Source: Stegostoma tigrinum
Taxonomy: Eukaryota
Length of the DNA: 64,000 bases
Assembly (NCBI RefSeq): GCF_030684315.1
Contig: NC_081367.1
Location: forward strand, 18,148,792-18,212,791
Direction of reading: 5' to 3'
Positions within the stretch are counted from its first letter, which is position 1, and each line of letters begins with the position of its first letter. A program made the position numbers and the translations under genes. Of this stretch, positions 48,074 through 64,000 are shown piece by piece. The notes under the pieces are model-generated. The model saw only the letters and a list, made by a program, of their open reading frames with translations, was not told the DNA's origin and did not search any database.

Positions 48074-51000
48074 CAATTCTCTAATTTCTTCATTTTAAAT
48101 AGAAGGATGGCTCCCTTGAATTACATAGAGTGGGTTTTGATTTGCTACAGAACTACATTTGGGATTTGGTGACATTGGAACCACAATATACATATATTAA
48201 AGTATCTGTACGTGAAACATGTGAAAACTAAATGCCCTCAATTCTTGATATCTATTCACCAACCATTGTACAATTTAGTTGGATAATCTTCCCACAATGT
48301 CATGCTATTAAAAACATCTTTGTTTCAATATATACACATTCCAACTTCTAGTTGTCTAAATTTTAAGATTATTCTGCTGAACTGTGAATCCAGTGCAAAA
48401 CCCTGCAATGATGCTCTTCATTGTGAAACTTCCCAAATTTATAGTGACCTAAAACTGTCAGATGATATGCGCAAGACATTTTTATCCCATTCCTAGTAAG
48501 TACCTTATTTACAGTTTATATCTTGGTATTCCCGGTCACTGTTTTTATGTTTCTTCCCATAGATTCCCAGAAATAGTAAGTTTTCTAAATGTCCTAAACT
48601 ACCCTATCTATTATAAATAAATAAAACCTAAAGGGAATTTCTTTTAGAATCTGACCACTATAACGTATCATGGGAAGATACACGATAACAGTGACTGTGA
48701 ATGCCAACATATAAATTGTAGATAGGGAACTAACCTAGGAGCAGAAAAAAGAATGCCTGTGCACACATCATTTGGCAGTATTAGGTTAGTATGAATTTAG
48801 GAAATTGTGCAATAAACAGTGCCATTATTATATATTATTGTTATTATTATTAAAGACTCTTAGAACAGGGCCTCAGAATGGAAATTATTAACAGGTACTT
48901 CACTACTTACTACGCTGACCCCGTCCAATATTTTTTTTAGATTAGATTTCCTACAGTGTGGAAACAGGCCCTTCGGCCCATATTCATGTACTCATATTGT
49001 AAACCAGCTTTGCACAAATGTTTTGTTGACTTTGATAGAAGATGAAAATGGAAAAATGGAGTTTAAACCCTGGCTCATCCTCGAGGACAGAGACATTTCT
49101 GCTACACAATACACTGTGATATTACAAACAGGCATTCGACGAGTACCAAATAACATCAACACTTTGGGTCTTTCACAGGTCTTGTCTGCAGCAATTCCTT
49201 GGGACTGTGAGTAATAGTGCCACAATCAGAGCAATGCGCAGATTTGCTGAGTCTCTCTGTGACCCACTTGATATCGGGACCCACAACAGGGAGAATTTCT
49301 ACCCATCTCTGCCAAGGCTAGTAGCAGAGGAAAAGGCAGGGTCAGAAATAGCAACATGGGAACTCTTAGCCTGGGACTAGCTCAGGGGAAGATTGCCAAG
49401 TGAGAAGTAATGTTCCAGCTCAGCCAAGCCTCCTTGTGATTCCCAGCGCAGTGGCTTGAAGGTAAAAGAAGGTCTGTAATTATTAATGCATCATCCCCTT
49501 AGAAACTAAGTCACTGGGACACCCATACATCCAACTGAGAGAAGGTGATACTTTCCCAGCTTTTTCCTGGAATTGTGAGACTTAATAGTCATCTTGAGTA
49601 ATCTGAGTAAATGAACAAAGTAATCCAAATGGGTAACCACCTCCTGAATCTATGCAATACACAGATTTCTGATGCTGCAGGGTCGGTGCACTAAATGATC
49701 AGGCACCTATTAATAATTTCCTTTCTGAGGCCCTGTTTGAAGAATTTATTTCACAGGCATCAACTGAAGCATCTTTAACGGTTTAAAACTACAACTTGCA
49801 AACCTTTTCCAGGAAAGCTTTATAAATTTTACGCTTATCGAAATGATGAGCAGCAGCGATGAGGCATAAAGCATTTTCAGATAAGCAAAGTATTCATTCT
49901 TGCTATGATTTTTAACAGAATTGCATAGGATGACCAGGTTTTCAAAGTGTAAAGAAATTCACTAAGTTATCACAGCAATTAGTATGTTAGGATTAAAGCA
50001 GAATCTAAACAACATGGAAATTTCAAACTTTGTCAGAACTCAGTTCTTCTTTAGTATTGCTCACAGACTGAAGTGTGAAATGGTCATACAATCATTGCCA
50101 GCCACACACGTATAAGCTTATTTTCATTCCAAATTAGATATCTTGTAAAAGGGGCTACTATGATCTGCAAGAACCCTGTGCTATAAGATTTGAACAGCAC
50201 ACAAAGGCAACAGCTATCAAAACAAAAACAATTTCTTTTTAAGAAAGGTGAATAATTACAGATTGACAGACACTGATAAGCCATCTTGGTAGTCAGAAGA
50301 AAAGGATCAATTTCTAAGTTGAATTTCCATTAAAGATTGAGTCACTGGGACTCCATATAATTAAGAAATCATATTGGATTATGAATATAATCTTTGTCAT
50401 TTGTATTAGTTTGAATATTCAGTTCTTTCCTTTTACATGTAAGTTTAAAGTAGAACTGTCATGTATAAAAGTCTTTAATTACTATACAATCCGGGATATA
50501 GTATGAATTCATACAATGTAATCCAGAATTGATTCTTATAATAACTAGTAATAAGTGAATATTAAAATGTTGTAATCTCATTTTTAAACCTTCATGAACC
50601 AACACACAGAATCCTGGAATTATTTAAATAGATTAACTTAGGTTAATTCTAAGTTAATTCAGACAAGCTGTTTCTGTGATAATATACCTGTAGGTATGTT
50701 CTATCCTGAGATAATTTTTGTAATCTAGAAATTCCTGGGGAAGGACACTTCATTATGTGTCTAGTCTGTAACTAGTATCAATGATAAAAATCGTTTCATA
50801 TTCTGAAATTTCTTTTCATTGACGTTTAGGTTAAAAATAAGTTTGACTGAGTAATTTTAACTTGCTCGTGAATATAGGCAGAAGAACCATTGGCAAAAGA
50901 AACTTCAGTCTCGGCCATATTTCTTCTCACTGCTACTCTTTTATTCCACAGTCCCCCATGATCTATCCTACGTCCACTCCTCTTCCTCAACTCCATATTG

Positions 51001-53599
51001 TCCATTGGAACTATTAACTGCAGACATGGCATCATCATTCATGTGTATGCTAAAGGCACACAGCTCTGCTGCTCCCCAGCCTATATCAATCCTTCCAATT
51101 CCTCTTTGCTGACAGATGGCTGGTCTGACATTCAACATTTGGTGAGCAGTAAATTCCTTCAGTACCTCAACATATCCTTGATTCTTCTCACCACTGATTG
51201 CGAGCAAGGATGTACCTATTTATACATCAGAACCTGAGTTAGTGAGCCTGTGGAGGTAACGTGGCTGAGTTACATTGCACAGTTGCATAGCAGTGTTTCG
51301 TTTTAGCTGATGATCTGTGGGATCTTGCTGTCTGGATGGCCAGCATCAATCACTCTTTCACTTTGAGAAAGGCAGCAATGTGGTGATCTTGGTCATCCAG
51401 TTTTCATTAATTGACAACCATGTCTTCAAATGTGCACCTAGCACCCAAAATCAGATGGAAGAAATATGAATGGTTGCGAAATTCAACGTTTACTGGATGC
51501 TGTATTAAAACACACCTTCAATCTCAATGTTTCTTTTTCTCAGCCCTGGAAAAACAAAATGCACAGTTAGAGGCCAGAGAAAACTGCTGAGCATGTCTCA
51601 ATCCAGAAGGAAGCATTCAGTCCTTGGCCAGGGTTGATGTACATTAGATGTGAAAGGGGATGACAAATTTCATAACAGATTTCTGCATCTTTTGCCTTGC
51701 CTCATGTCCAGAAAATCTACACACCCAAAATGGAATGCTGAGGAAAATCAGGCCCATATACTTTCATAAGGTGCTACAGATTTCCCACTTGACTGTAGAA
51801 GTTGTACTTTTAATGTTTTTTCTCATCACTGCTCCTTTACACATTTAACTGTGTGGCTACCTCAGCCACTAACATTCATTCAATCCCATGGTAATGGAAC
51901 AGCAATGTTTGGGCTGAAGAATTTGAGATCGTGAGATGGCAAGACAGAAAGCCAGATTTTCCTCCACTGACCCTTAGTTCTGGCATTGATAGTTTTAACT
52001 AAGCCCTAAGAATACAAGAACATTTTTGGCACAGTTTCAAGCTCACATAAGGCATTTTATTGAATGTATTCATAACCTCAGTCTGTTTTTTTTCCCTTTG
52101 TGTGATGTGTGCATTGGCTCATTTTTGGAAAGGTCAGATTAAACAAATTCGTTCACCATGGGCTCAGTGTAGTAGGTTTGATTTATGTCTTCTGTAGCTG
52201 CCTGCATGTTACACTGATGAATCCACTGATAGGAGACTGAAATTCACTTTGAAGAGACAAAGTTGATTTTAAAAGGTTGTTTTCATATGCATGTTTTTAT
52301 TATTTACATTTTAGTATTAATTTCCATATCTAATTATGTTAAAATTAAAGACTGGACATCCCTCCATATAACCAACGATATGGTTTGTGTTTTTAACTGT
52401 AGTATCATACTGATTGAGTCACTCCAATATAGCAAATGGGCTGCGGCAATATATCATTTAACTAAGAGGAAGGAAAAGAAATTCCAACTTTCTGGTACTG
52501 AAAGAAACAACAACTGATTGATATACATGAGACATAATTTACTTAGATGCTTCACAAAACATGCTTGAGGAGTAACTTTGTTTACTTTCCACACTCATTG
52601 TCTATGTTTATTTATTTCTACAAAATAGTTGTAATTTATTTTGTTCTTTTGGCTGTTTATGATAGGCAGAGTGCTGCTTGCGGTCCCAAAACCCAAAACA
52701 AAGTGCCTACTGTTAGATGTGATTCTTCCATTCAGCTCGATAATCATTAGCCTGCTAATAGCTATACCACCAACAAATTAATCAGTCAAGCTTGTAAGTT
52801 GGCTCGTTTATACTTGTTAAAAATGACATACACTCATGTCAGAGTAGGAAAATGTTTATGTAGTACATCTTCTTAGAACAATGCAGGAGCTTGGTGAGCT
52901 TATTACACGCTCTGTAGAAGTGCCTCAATTGTTGAGTCAGGTTGCCAACCAATCAGCACCCATTTCAACTGCAGGAAAAATGTTATTACCACTTGAAGTC
53001 AAAAAGCTTGGTATCTTATCTCTTTCAGCAATATTTGAGGTCTGTAGATGCAATTGTTTCAAAAGATTTACTGAAGTCATAGTTTACTCCATTTGTGAAC
53101 TACGAATGTGGCATCTGTGCAAATCTTCCTCTACAACATTTCTTTGAATCTATGGACCTTTCATCAATGGTGAAGCTGGATTTTTTTTGAAGTTTGGGTA
53201 AAACAATGAGGCACATATGGAAACATGAAGATCTGGGGTTTCTGGCCCCTTCAGTGATTTGTAATGATGAAACCTATACTCTCAATCTATTTGTTACTGA
53301 GTGGGTCAGCTTTCACGAAGAACTCAATTATATTCACATCAGTTTGACGTTGTTACTAGTATTAACAAAATCTGAAGTACCAATATTTGAAACTGTGTAG
53401 AATAACATCAGCACTTGCAAATATCTGCTTTCTCAAGCTTGCTAATTTGGGAGAATTATTTCCTTTGCTCCAAAACGTTGTGAAATCGGCAGTCTGTGGA
53501 TTTACTTTGTCGATATCGGCAAAACGTTGCTGCTAGAACATCAGTTTACAAAAGAAAACATTATTTAAAGCATTACTGACAACTCCATGTCTGAGAGAG

Positions 53600-55590
<1,991 letters not shown>

Positions 55591-56039
55591 TGGTGAATAC
55601 TTGACGAAGTGGGGCTCGGTGGGAGGAGGGAGTAAAGGAGACCGGAATGAACCATCAGGGACAGGCCGCCCGCGCTACAGGGTTACGAATTGAATAGCAA
55701 CCTCCAGGACCGTGCTGAATGCAGCCTTGCAGGGGGACAAAATCACAGGACGTTAAACACCATTGCATTCTCTTATTTTAAAAAAAGGGTGTCCAAGTGG
55801 GATCTGGCTGACAGTCATCAGATTGGATCAGGAATCGTTTTGCTTTCCAGTTGGTGTAGGAATGCAGTGAGATGTACGATGAACGTGTTGTCCGAACCGT
55901 GTCGGGGCAAGTCTTGCGATGGAGTTTCCAGGAATAGATAGTTGCCAACCCAGGTCCAGTGCCAAGTGGTTGTGGATGGCAAGGGGGGAGGAGTGAGAGC
56001 AAGGAAACAACAGTATTTACATAGCTCCATTATTGGAAA

Positions 56040-57078
56040 CAACACATCCCTCACACCCCGCCCCCGCCACAACCGCCCCCAGAGGATCTCCCTCGTTCTC
56101 ACATTGCACCCCACCAACCTCCGGATACAAAGCACCATCCTCCGACACTTCCGCCATCCACAATCCGACCCCACCACCACCACCACCCAAGACATTTTTC
56201 CATCCCCACCCTTGTTTGCCTTCCGGAGAGACCACTCTCTCCACGACTCCCTTGTCCGCTCCACACTCCCCTCCAACCCCACCACACCCGGCACCTTCCC
56301 CTGCAACCGCAGGAAGTGCTACACTTGCCCCCACACCACCTCCCTCACTGCATCCCAGGCCCCAAGATGACCTTCCATATTAAGCAGATGTTCACCTGCA
56401 CATCTGCCAATGTGGTATATTGTATCCATTGTACCCGATGTGGCTCCCTCTACATTGGGGAAACCAAGCAGAGGCTTGGGGACTGCTTTGCAGAACACCT
56501 CCGCTCAGTACGCAGCAAACAACTGCACCTCCCAGTCGCAAACCATTTCAACTCCCCCTCCCATTCTTTAGACGACATGTCCATATGGGCCTCCTGCAGT
56601 GCCACAATGATGCCACCCAAAAGTTGCAGGAACAGCAACTCATATTCCGCTTGGGAACCCTGCAGCCCAATGGTATCAATGTGGACTCCACAAGCTTCAA
56701 AATCTCCCCTCCCCCCACTGCATCCCAAAACCAGCCCACCTGTCTCCGCATCCCTAACCTGTTCTTCCTCTCACCCATCCCTTCCTCCCACCTCAAGCCG
56801 CAACTCCATTTCCTACCTACCACCTCATCCCACCTCCCTGACCTGTCTGCCTTCCCTGGACTGACCTATCCCCACCCGACCTCCCCACCTATACTCTCCT
56901 CTCCACCTATCTTGTTTTCTCTCCATCTTCGGTCCGCCTCCCCCTCTCTCCCTATTTATTCCAGAACCCTCTCCCCATCCCCCTCTCTGATGAAGGGTCT
57001 AGGCCCGAAACGTCAGCTTTTGTGCTCCTGAGATGCTGCTTGGCCTGCTGTGTTCATCCAGCTCCACACTTTGTTATC
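56040..57078 (+). mobile_element. 5'-truncated Penelope-like element in COPS9 intron 1
   Basis: Cys linker and GIY-YIG (NVVYCIHCTRCGSLYIGETKQRLG) with frameshifts; intact hammerhead core 56987-57014; ends without the long tail. Confidence 0.9.
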
Positions 57079-57154
57079 ATTGAAATCAGAATATCAGATG
57101 AGCAGTGTGACAAATTAGAAGCAATTAGGAGTCAACAGAAGTAGCAGTGACATC

Positions 57155-57300
57155 AAAACAGAAGGTTCTGGAGAAACTCAGCAGGTCTGGGAACATCTGC
57201 GAAGAAAGAAACGAAGCTCACATTTCAAGTCCAGTATGATGCTTTCTCCAGCATTTTCTGTTTTTATTTCAGATCTCCAGCTTCTGTAGTGTTTTTAATT
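57155..57300. mobile_element. Old family C PLE derivative with internal deletion
   Basis: AAAACAGAAGGTTCTGGAGAAACTCAGCAGG ... TTCTCCAGCATTTTCTGTTTTTATTTCAGATCTCCAGC. Confidence 0.6.
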
Positions 57301-58800
57301 TTATTGAACTGGTATTGAGGTTGAGTTAGGTGAAAAGGAAGAAGTCACATTTCAGATATACAGGGCACTAATACAAACGCAGAGTTTCAGAAACATTCAT
57401 CTGGAGCCCTGTTTTCAGTTCTGGTGCTCACACTTCAAGCAATGTGTACATGTTAAATGAGGGCATATTCTGTTATATTTGGGAAGTTGAGTTGTATAAT
57501 TGAGGGGATGATGTTACTACTGAAACTGGAGGAGTGCACTGTTACTGTAGTTCCACTACTCCATGAAGTAAAATAAAAATGCTTTTATTCCAATTAAATA
57601 AATCTTTGTAAATTGTATTTTTAACCAAATTATAATAACTAGCGTTTTTAATAAACACATTTCATAGTTTGTTATCAAAACAAAGCCTTATTAATTGATT
57701 AACATATGTGGTGAGGTATAGAGAGCTATAAATGCTTATCCCTGTAAACATCCGTAATTATGCAAAATCTTCAGGAAAGTGGGGTGGGGGGGAATTTTCT
57801 GCAGAGCTCAACTTTCTGAAAATGACACTGGTCAGTGAGTTATTCTTGAAAATATAAGGATAAAGCATAAGATGTTCTGGATTCTATTTGCTGTTCTGCC
57901 GCATGAAGTCGGGTAAATTTTGCACTAAGTAATGAATTAAGTGCATTAGTCTTGCATGGTTGTCCTCAAGTCTTGTAGGCACAGCTTGCTCAGGAAGCAC
58001 AATCCTGAGATGTTATTTCAGTCACTGTTTCAAAAAAAAAGAGGTTTCAACCTGAACTGATGTAGTGTTTTCTTTATAGAAATGAGAGATCAGCTAGGCA
58101 GTTTGTATGTAGTGGGTTTTTCTTCAACTTCTCCAAGTCCAAGCCTCAGCAGACTTTGCTTCAATTGAACCAGGTAAAGACAGTCACTGTTCAAAATTGC
58201 CCCAGGTGTGTCTACAGTAAAACAAGCAGTTATCATCTGCCGTTTGGTTTCTAGGAAGCTTTGCATACAAATAAACCTTCAGAATGCCCAGGGAACTTTC
58301 AACGACCTAATAAGGAAGCCACTTCAAATATGTCTACAAAATGTGAATTAAATTTATTTTTCCTCAATCCATCAAAACTTCAGTCTTCCGAGCCTTATTA
58401 GACATAAAGCAAAATTGTCACAATTGAAATATGATAGCATTCCATAGCGTACCTACAGAAAAAAAAATTCCTTAAGTGGGATTAAAAACAAAAGTGAGAA
58501 TCTTAAAATTAGAAACAGACCACCAACAAAGAGAAAAGAATGATGGAAATCTGAAACTCTCCCTCAGATGACTATGGATATTAAATTTTGAAATCTGAGA
58601 TTGATTGTTTTTTGTAGGGTGAGTATCAAAAAAAATGCAGCGCACATGAATAAACAACAATGATTTTCAGCTGAAAATCAATGATGAAAGTGGCTCAATG
58701 GCACTCCTGGCTTACTCTTATGTTCCTGTTGCAATGGAGCCTTCATTATTTACACTCCTTCCTTCTGCCAGATGTATTGCAAATCAGCCCCAATATTACT

Positions 58801-58920
58801 GGTCTAGGCCCGAAACGTCAGCTTTTGTGCTCCTGAGATGCTGCTGGGCCTGCTGTGTTCATCCAGCCTCACATTTTATTATCTTGGATTCTCCAGCATC
58901 TGCAGTTCCCATTATCACTG
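58801..58920 (+). mobile_element. Short family A PLE 3' fragment
   Basis: GGTCTAGGCCCGAAACGTCAGCTTTTGTGCTCC...CAGTTCCCATTATCACTG. Confidence 0.85.
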
Positions 58921-60078
58921 ATATATAACTCTGCGTGGTTATCTTTTGCTTTTAGTGAACTTCTTTAGTTCTCTTTAAGAACATCACAAATATTCATTTG
59001 TTGTTGGTTATTACGTACATATCTTCATTCTCTTTCTCATTATTTCTGTGCCACATATGGGACAAAAAAATTCAGGAGCTCCTGGAAAAAATATTTTAAA
59101 AATGCTCATGAATCATACAAACATTTGAAAGTGTATTTGGACTGGAACAATTGTGCATGTACAGATTTCAGTTGATAATTCCTCCCCAAATCAATTGTTT
59201 TGATAGTCAATTTGCCAAGCCCTTAAACTCTGAACTTCTGTACCAAGCCCTCTTTACTTCTGTTCCTCTGAGATATTCCTCCCAGCTTATACCTTTCATG
59301 AAACTTTTGGTATTTGATTACAATATCCATATCTTTATGTGGCTGAGTGTCAAATATTATTATGTAATAGTCATATGAAATGTATTGGAATTTTATTTCA
59401 TTACTCCACCTGAGAGAAAGGGCATATTGTTTGTTTTCTGCTATAATAAAATTGGTGAATACAGTTTAAAATCCATTCTGTGGCAACTTTCTGGTACTTC
59501 TCTTTTATTAGTGTTTTATTTAATAATAAAATCACGAATGTGCTATTCTGGGAAGTGAAGTGTAGCTCCTACTCTAATGTGTTGGTTCTGATATTTTAAT
59601 GTTACATTTTCACCTCGTATTGATATTCTCCTTTACAGTAAGGTAATGAGTTGTACTTGATTATGAATCTGTTGGCAGTACTCCAGGATATTTTCAAATG
59701 GGCGTTCTTCACGTGAATGTCTAGATGGGAGTATTCACAGCTTGATTATAGCCACAACATGGCCACATTTGTCTTGTCCTTTACAATGCCTAAAAGTGTA
59801 CTTTACACTGGAATCAGGAGCAGAAAACATGGCTGATGGTTTATTTCATCCCTTTCCTTTGTAACTGTCCTGTAGTCACCATACACCTATCCATTTAGAA
59901 TTGAATCATAGAATAATACAGTACAGAAGAGAACCTTTGGCCCATTGGATCTGTACAGCCAATCTGGAATTATTAGATTCTGTAGCATCCTGTATATTTA
60001 AGTCATTGGGAGAAGTTAGAATGTGCTATTTTTCAACATAAATGAAAAACTTAACAACCTTTGAAGCCCATTAAATAA

Positions 60079-60261
<183 letters not shown>

Positions 60262-62829
60262 TAAGTAGTTTCTGCTTTAATTTGCAAATACCTTTATGTG
60301 TAGGAGATGTTGAAGTTTGAAACTCTCCCAGGTCAGACAGCATCTATTGAGAGAAATTTAATGTTTTGGGCCATGATAACCCATCAGTAATCTTCCTTTT
60401 GCTTTTAAATCACTTACAAAGGATGTGGGTTAGTAGTGCGTAAATGAACTTAAGGTGCAGATCAGCTGTGTTCTAATGGGAATGGTTGGTGTACAGGCTG
60501 AAGGAACTGACTGTCTTATTCCTTTGTTGTGGTGAGGGATTCATTTTCATTCTTCTGTAACATTACCTCATATGCAATCATGTATCCTCTACATGTTTTT
60601 GATTGTTTGATACATATCTCTAATACTTTTGTCCTGTGTAGTAGTTGTCTCTCAAAATCTTCTACTTTTAACTTGTTCTAAGTCTAAGATCTTGATCTGC
60701 TAAGTCTCAATATTTTATGAGTTCAGCATTATCTCATCTGTTTCACTTTCTCAAATCCTCTGCCTTCACAACTCTGGTACTAAATCCACTTGACTAGTAA
60801 AGTCCATCTTTGTTGTAAGTAATTCTGTGTTTTTTTGTTTCTCATCATGTTAAAATTCATTAATGCTGATGTATTCTTTGGAACTGCTGGCCATTATAAT
60901 TTGATAAAAGTAGGGTAATCTGAATGGTTTTCCATTACTCACCCTTAAAAATGGCTGGATTCTAAACAGAGTGATTTAGTCAACATTGAAGTTATCTTTT
61001 CTCAAAAAAAAGGAAAATGACCCTGACATAAAAACGTTTTATTTAAAAAAAGAAAACAATAGACTTGTGTTTGCAAATGGTGCACTTAATTTTTTAAAAA
61101 TATTTTCTGTTTTGTTTTCCGATCTAGTCAATTTGAAATTGGTTTTCATGTTACTTTGCCCAAAATTACAATTTTAAAAAAATATATCTATACAGCATAA
61201 GATAGTGCAGTTATGGCTTGGGATGTTCAGCTGCTATTGGTTTTCCCCACCGCTAGATGGCATCAGCTGTTTGTTGCAGCAGGTGTCAAGTCTGACAGAC
61301 GCTGTTTAAAATAGTGGTGTTTTTCAAGCATCCGATTGTAAAATTTCAGATCAAGTGAATTTGTTTGCTGGATATTAGACACCCAGTTTTTACATCCCGA
61401 ATCTGAAGATGGGTATGTGATAAGGTGATGAGTAAAGTTCAGCTGTTCTGTGCAGTCTTCACCCCTTATGAGGAAAGTTCCTGCAATTTTTTTTCACATG
61501 CTACACCAGACATCCTCTGGCTTCTTTGAAAAAACTTTTTAAACTTGAGACAATCTTTCACATCTTGGTTGTTCAGTTTACATTGCATTCACACTGTTCT
61601 TAGAACCTTGACAGTCACCAAAGATTGGTTGCAAAAACAATAGATCAGGATTTCACCATTTTAAAGTCAGACTTTTACCTGTCGCATATATAAATTCATT
61701 CTTAATTTTCTTAAATAAATAAACTGAAAGGGTGTATTTAGCTCCATTTAACTCAAGATAGTAAGATTTGAACAGGAAAGAGTCTAATGTACCATAAATG
61801 CAGTGTTGCACTGCATGTGTAGTTTATGATTTTAACATGCAATTTTGCGAATAAAAGCTTCAATTATTTTTAGAGTTGCAGCTAACTACATTTCATTTAC
61901 CATGAGGATTCCATTCAGAATCCCTGTAATGCAACCTCAGTTTATCATATCATCGATAATTACTTTTTAATAAGTACAACAAATGTTTGATACTGCTAGG
62001 ATTTCACTTTATGACAAGTAACGATTAATTACTCTTTATTACTAGCCTGAAGGTCTTATAAAACAAATAAACCATGTTTCTATTAGCTATTTTCTCCAAA
62101 CAAACTGTCTTCCTGTAGACAATGCATTATCTCTAAGCTCAAGGTGTTTCATCACTCAGTTATTACTAATAATTTGGATTGCAGTGCCTGAAAGAGTGAG
62201 AGGAGATTCACCAGTAACCTTTATTTTGAAAAAAAAAACTGTCTTAGGAAACAGAATTCTTCCAGGCGATACAGAAAATGGCATAGAAGTAGGATTAGTT
62301 CAAATAGCTCTTACATAAAATACAACATTGATATGATGGGCTGAGTGACCTATGTACTGTATAATTTGGCCCTTCCCTTCATGCTTCTTTGGTAATTGTC
62401 ACCTTTTCACTTCATGCTGATGTCTTGTATGCTTTATACGTTGTGATGACAGTTGTCGTATTCTCTGTTAAACTGAGTTGAGTACAATATACTGTTCTTA
62501 CTTGAGGAATTATTTTTGTTTAATTCCTCATGACTACTTGTACTGTCTTGACTTCTGTATTCTTTAGTGGAAGCTATCTCTTTCTAAATACTTCAATATT
62601 CCAAACAATCTGACTTAACCATTTCCCTCTCACCAAATTTGGCAGTTCTACTAGGGCTGCAAAATTATTGATTAACTTGATTTTCCTACTTAACATACTT
62701 ATTTCGGTTCTAAAATTTCCAGTATCAACAAGCCAACATCTAAATGCTCATTTATCCAAATTTCATATATTAAAAAATAAAGTACTTCCCATTTAAGACA
62801 TTTTAAGGTCATTTAGACTTTTGAATTTA

Positions 62830-63350
62830 CTTTTCTAGAGGGCAGTGAAGACTGAGTCATTAACACAACTTTGAATATTCTCAAACTTTTGATGTACAAG
62901 CGAGTTATAGGGTGCAGGCAGGAAAGTGGAGTTGAGGCCGTGGCAGATCACCTGTAGTCTTGCAGAAATGTATAGCAACGTATATCAATCAAATGGTGCA
63001 GGGTGTAGCCTATTGGCTGGATAATAAGAATCAAGCAAAGACAGATAATTTTCTAGTTGACAGAATGTAAAGAGTGGTGCACCACAGCACTGACACCTCA
63101 GCTTGATACAAATATAGAACTGATTTGGATGAAGGACTGAAAGTATGGTTGCAAGTTGTGAAGCACAATTAGGCTAAAAAGGGAAATAGATAGGTAATTG
63201 AGTGAAGATCTGGTGAATTAAGTATAATGTGGAAAAATGTAAAATTGTCTGTTTTAGCCTCAAGAAGGTTGGTAGCTTGCAGAGCTTTGAGGTACGGAAG
63301 CATCTAGGTTCACTAGTGCATGAATCACAAAAGGTTAGTGTGCAGGTGAG
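62830..63350 (+). mobile_element. Degenerate CR1 fragments
   Basis: CR1 3' UTR-like piece plus RT-region peptide (YN)VEKCKIVCF...HLGSLVHESQKVSVQV. Confidence 0.55.
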
Positions 63351-63907
63351 CTCCCGGGTGAGAACAGATGAATTGGCTCCACTTCTTTGTTCACCCGTAC
63401 CCTTGCTTGGTCACAAAGTTAATTTTTTAAAACAAGAACCCCCCCTTGTATGGATGCTTTTCTTGTAGACAAAATACATTCCTTTTACAAAGGAGTCAGT
63501 TTAATCTAGCTTATTGTATACTAAGTATAAGAATAACTAATAGTGTATCACACATACACTCTGATTAGAAGTGAATCCAAAAAAATGTTAAAAGCTTAAC
63601 AGATCAACTGCCAAGTCAGTTGTGAAAAATAGACGATAGACATTGAATGAATTAACCTTATTGTCATGTACTCAAATGGGTAAGTGAAAGGTTTTTAAGT
63701 CACCGTTTACAGCACCATCTTAGATACAAATGTACTCAAGTACCCTCCTTTGTTACAGAACAGAGAAACAAAGAAAAAAAGTTACATTACAGCTATACAC
63801 ATTATGATCATAATTTAGAAAAAGCAAGAAACAGTTAAAAAGATAAACATCACAGCCTGTCTCTCAAAGCTTTCTGCAGCAGACCAATGCAGGAGCTTCC
63901 ATGTGAC

Positions 63908-64000
63908 ATCGGTATTCACCAATTCGCCAAGGAGAGGGACATGACAGATGTTGAGGTTAGGGATAGATGTTTGCTTACTCTAGGTCAAGTTGACATAAGG
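63908..64000 (+). mobile_element. Start of a CR1 ORF2 fragment running off the window
   Basis: TCGGTATTCACC..AAGGAGAGGGACATGACAGATGTTGAGG resembles the CR1 'SVFTxE' region. Confidence 0.4.

Overview
Eukaryotic (vertebrate) genomic DNA, almost certainly from a shark or other elasmobranch, judged by an HE1-type V-SINE, shark-type CR1/L2 LINEs and abundant Penelope-like elements (PLEs). Two host genes are recognisable on the + strand in the order seen in mammals: a complete three-coding-exon otospiralin (OTOS, 45952-47444) and the first two coding exons of COPS9/MYEOV2 (53790-53852, 60115-60187). COPS9 has a CpG-island promoter and a 1.7-kb G-rich tract at the start of intron 1. On the - strand lies a multiply disabled CD2/SLAM-like V+C2 immunoglobulin pseudogene (~21290-23111). 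Most of the rest is transposon-derived. The most striking structure is a set of Neptune-like PLEs (RT + GIY-YIG) and short derivatives that carry minimal hammerhead ribozyme motifs. They insert as asymmetric head-to-head palindromes inside 11-16 bp target-site duplications (TSDs), and in one copy a terminal duplication begins exactly at the predicted ribozyme cleavage site. A ~1.16-kb inverted duplication (9120-10280 / 16389-17551) looks like the scar of a ~6-kb inversion. All family assignments come from motif recognition by eye, without database searches, and boundaries of old repeats are approximate.
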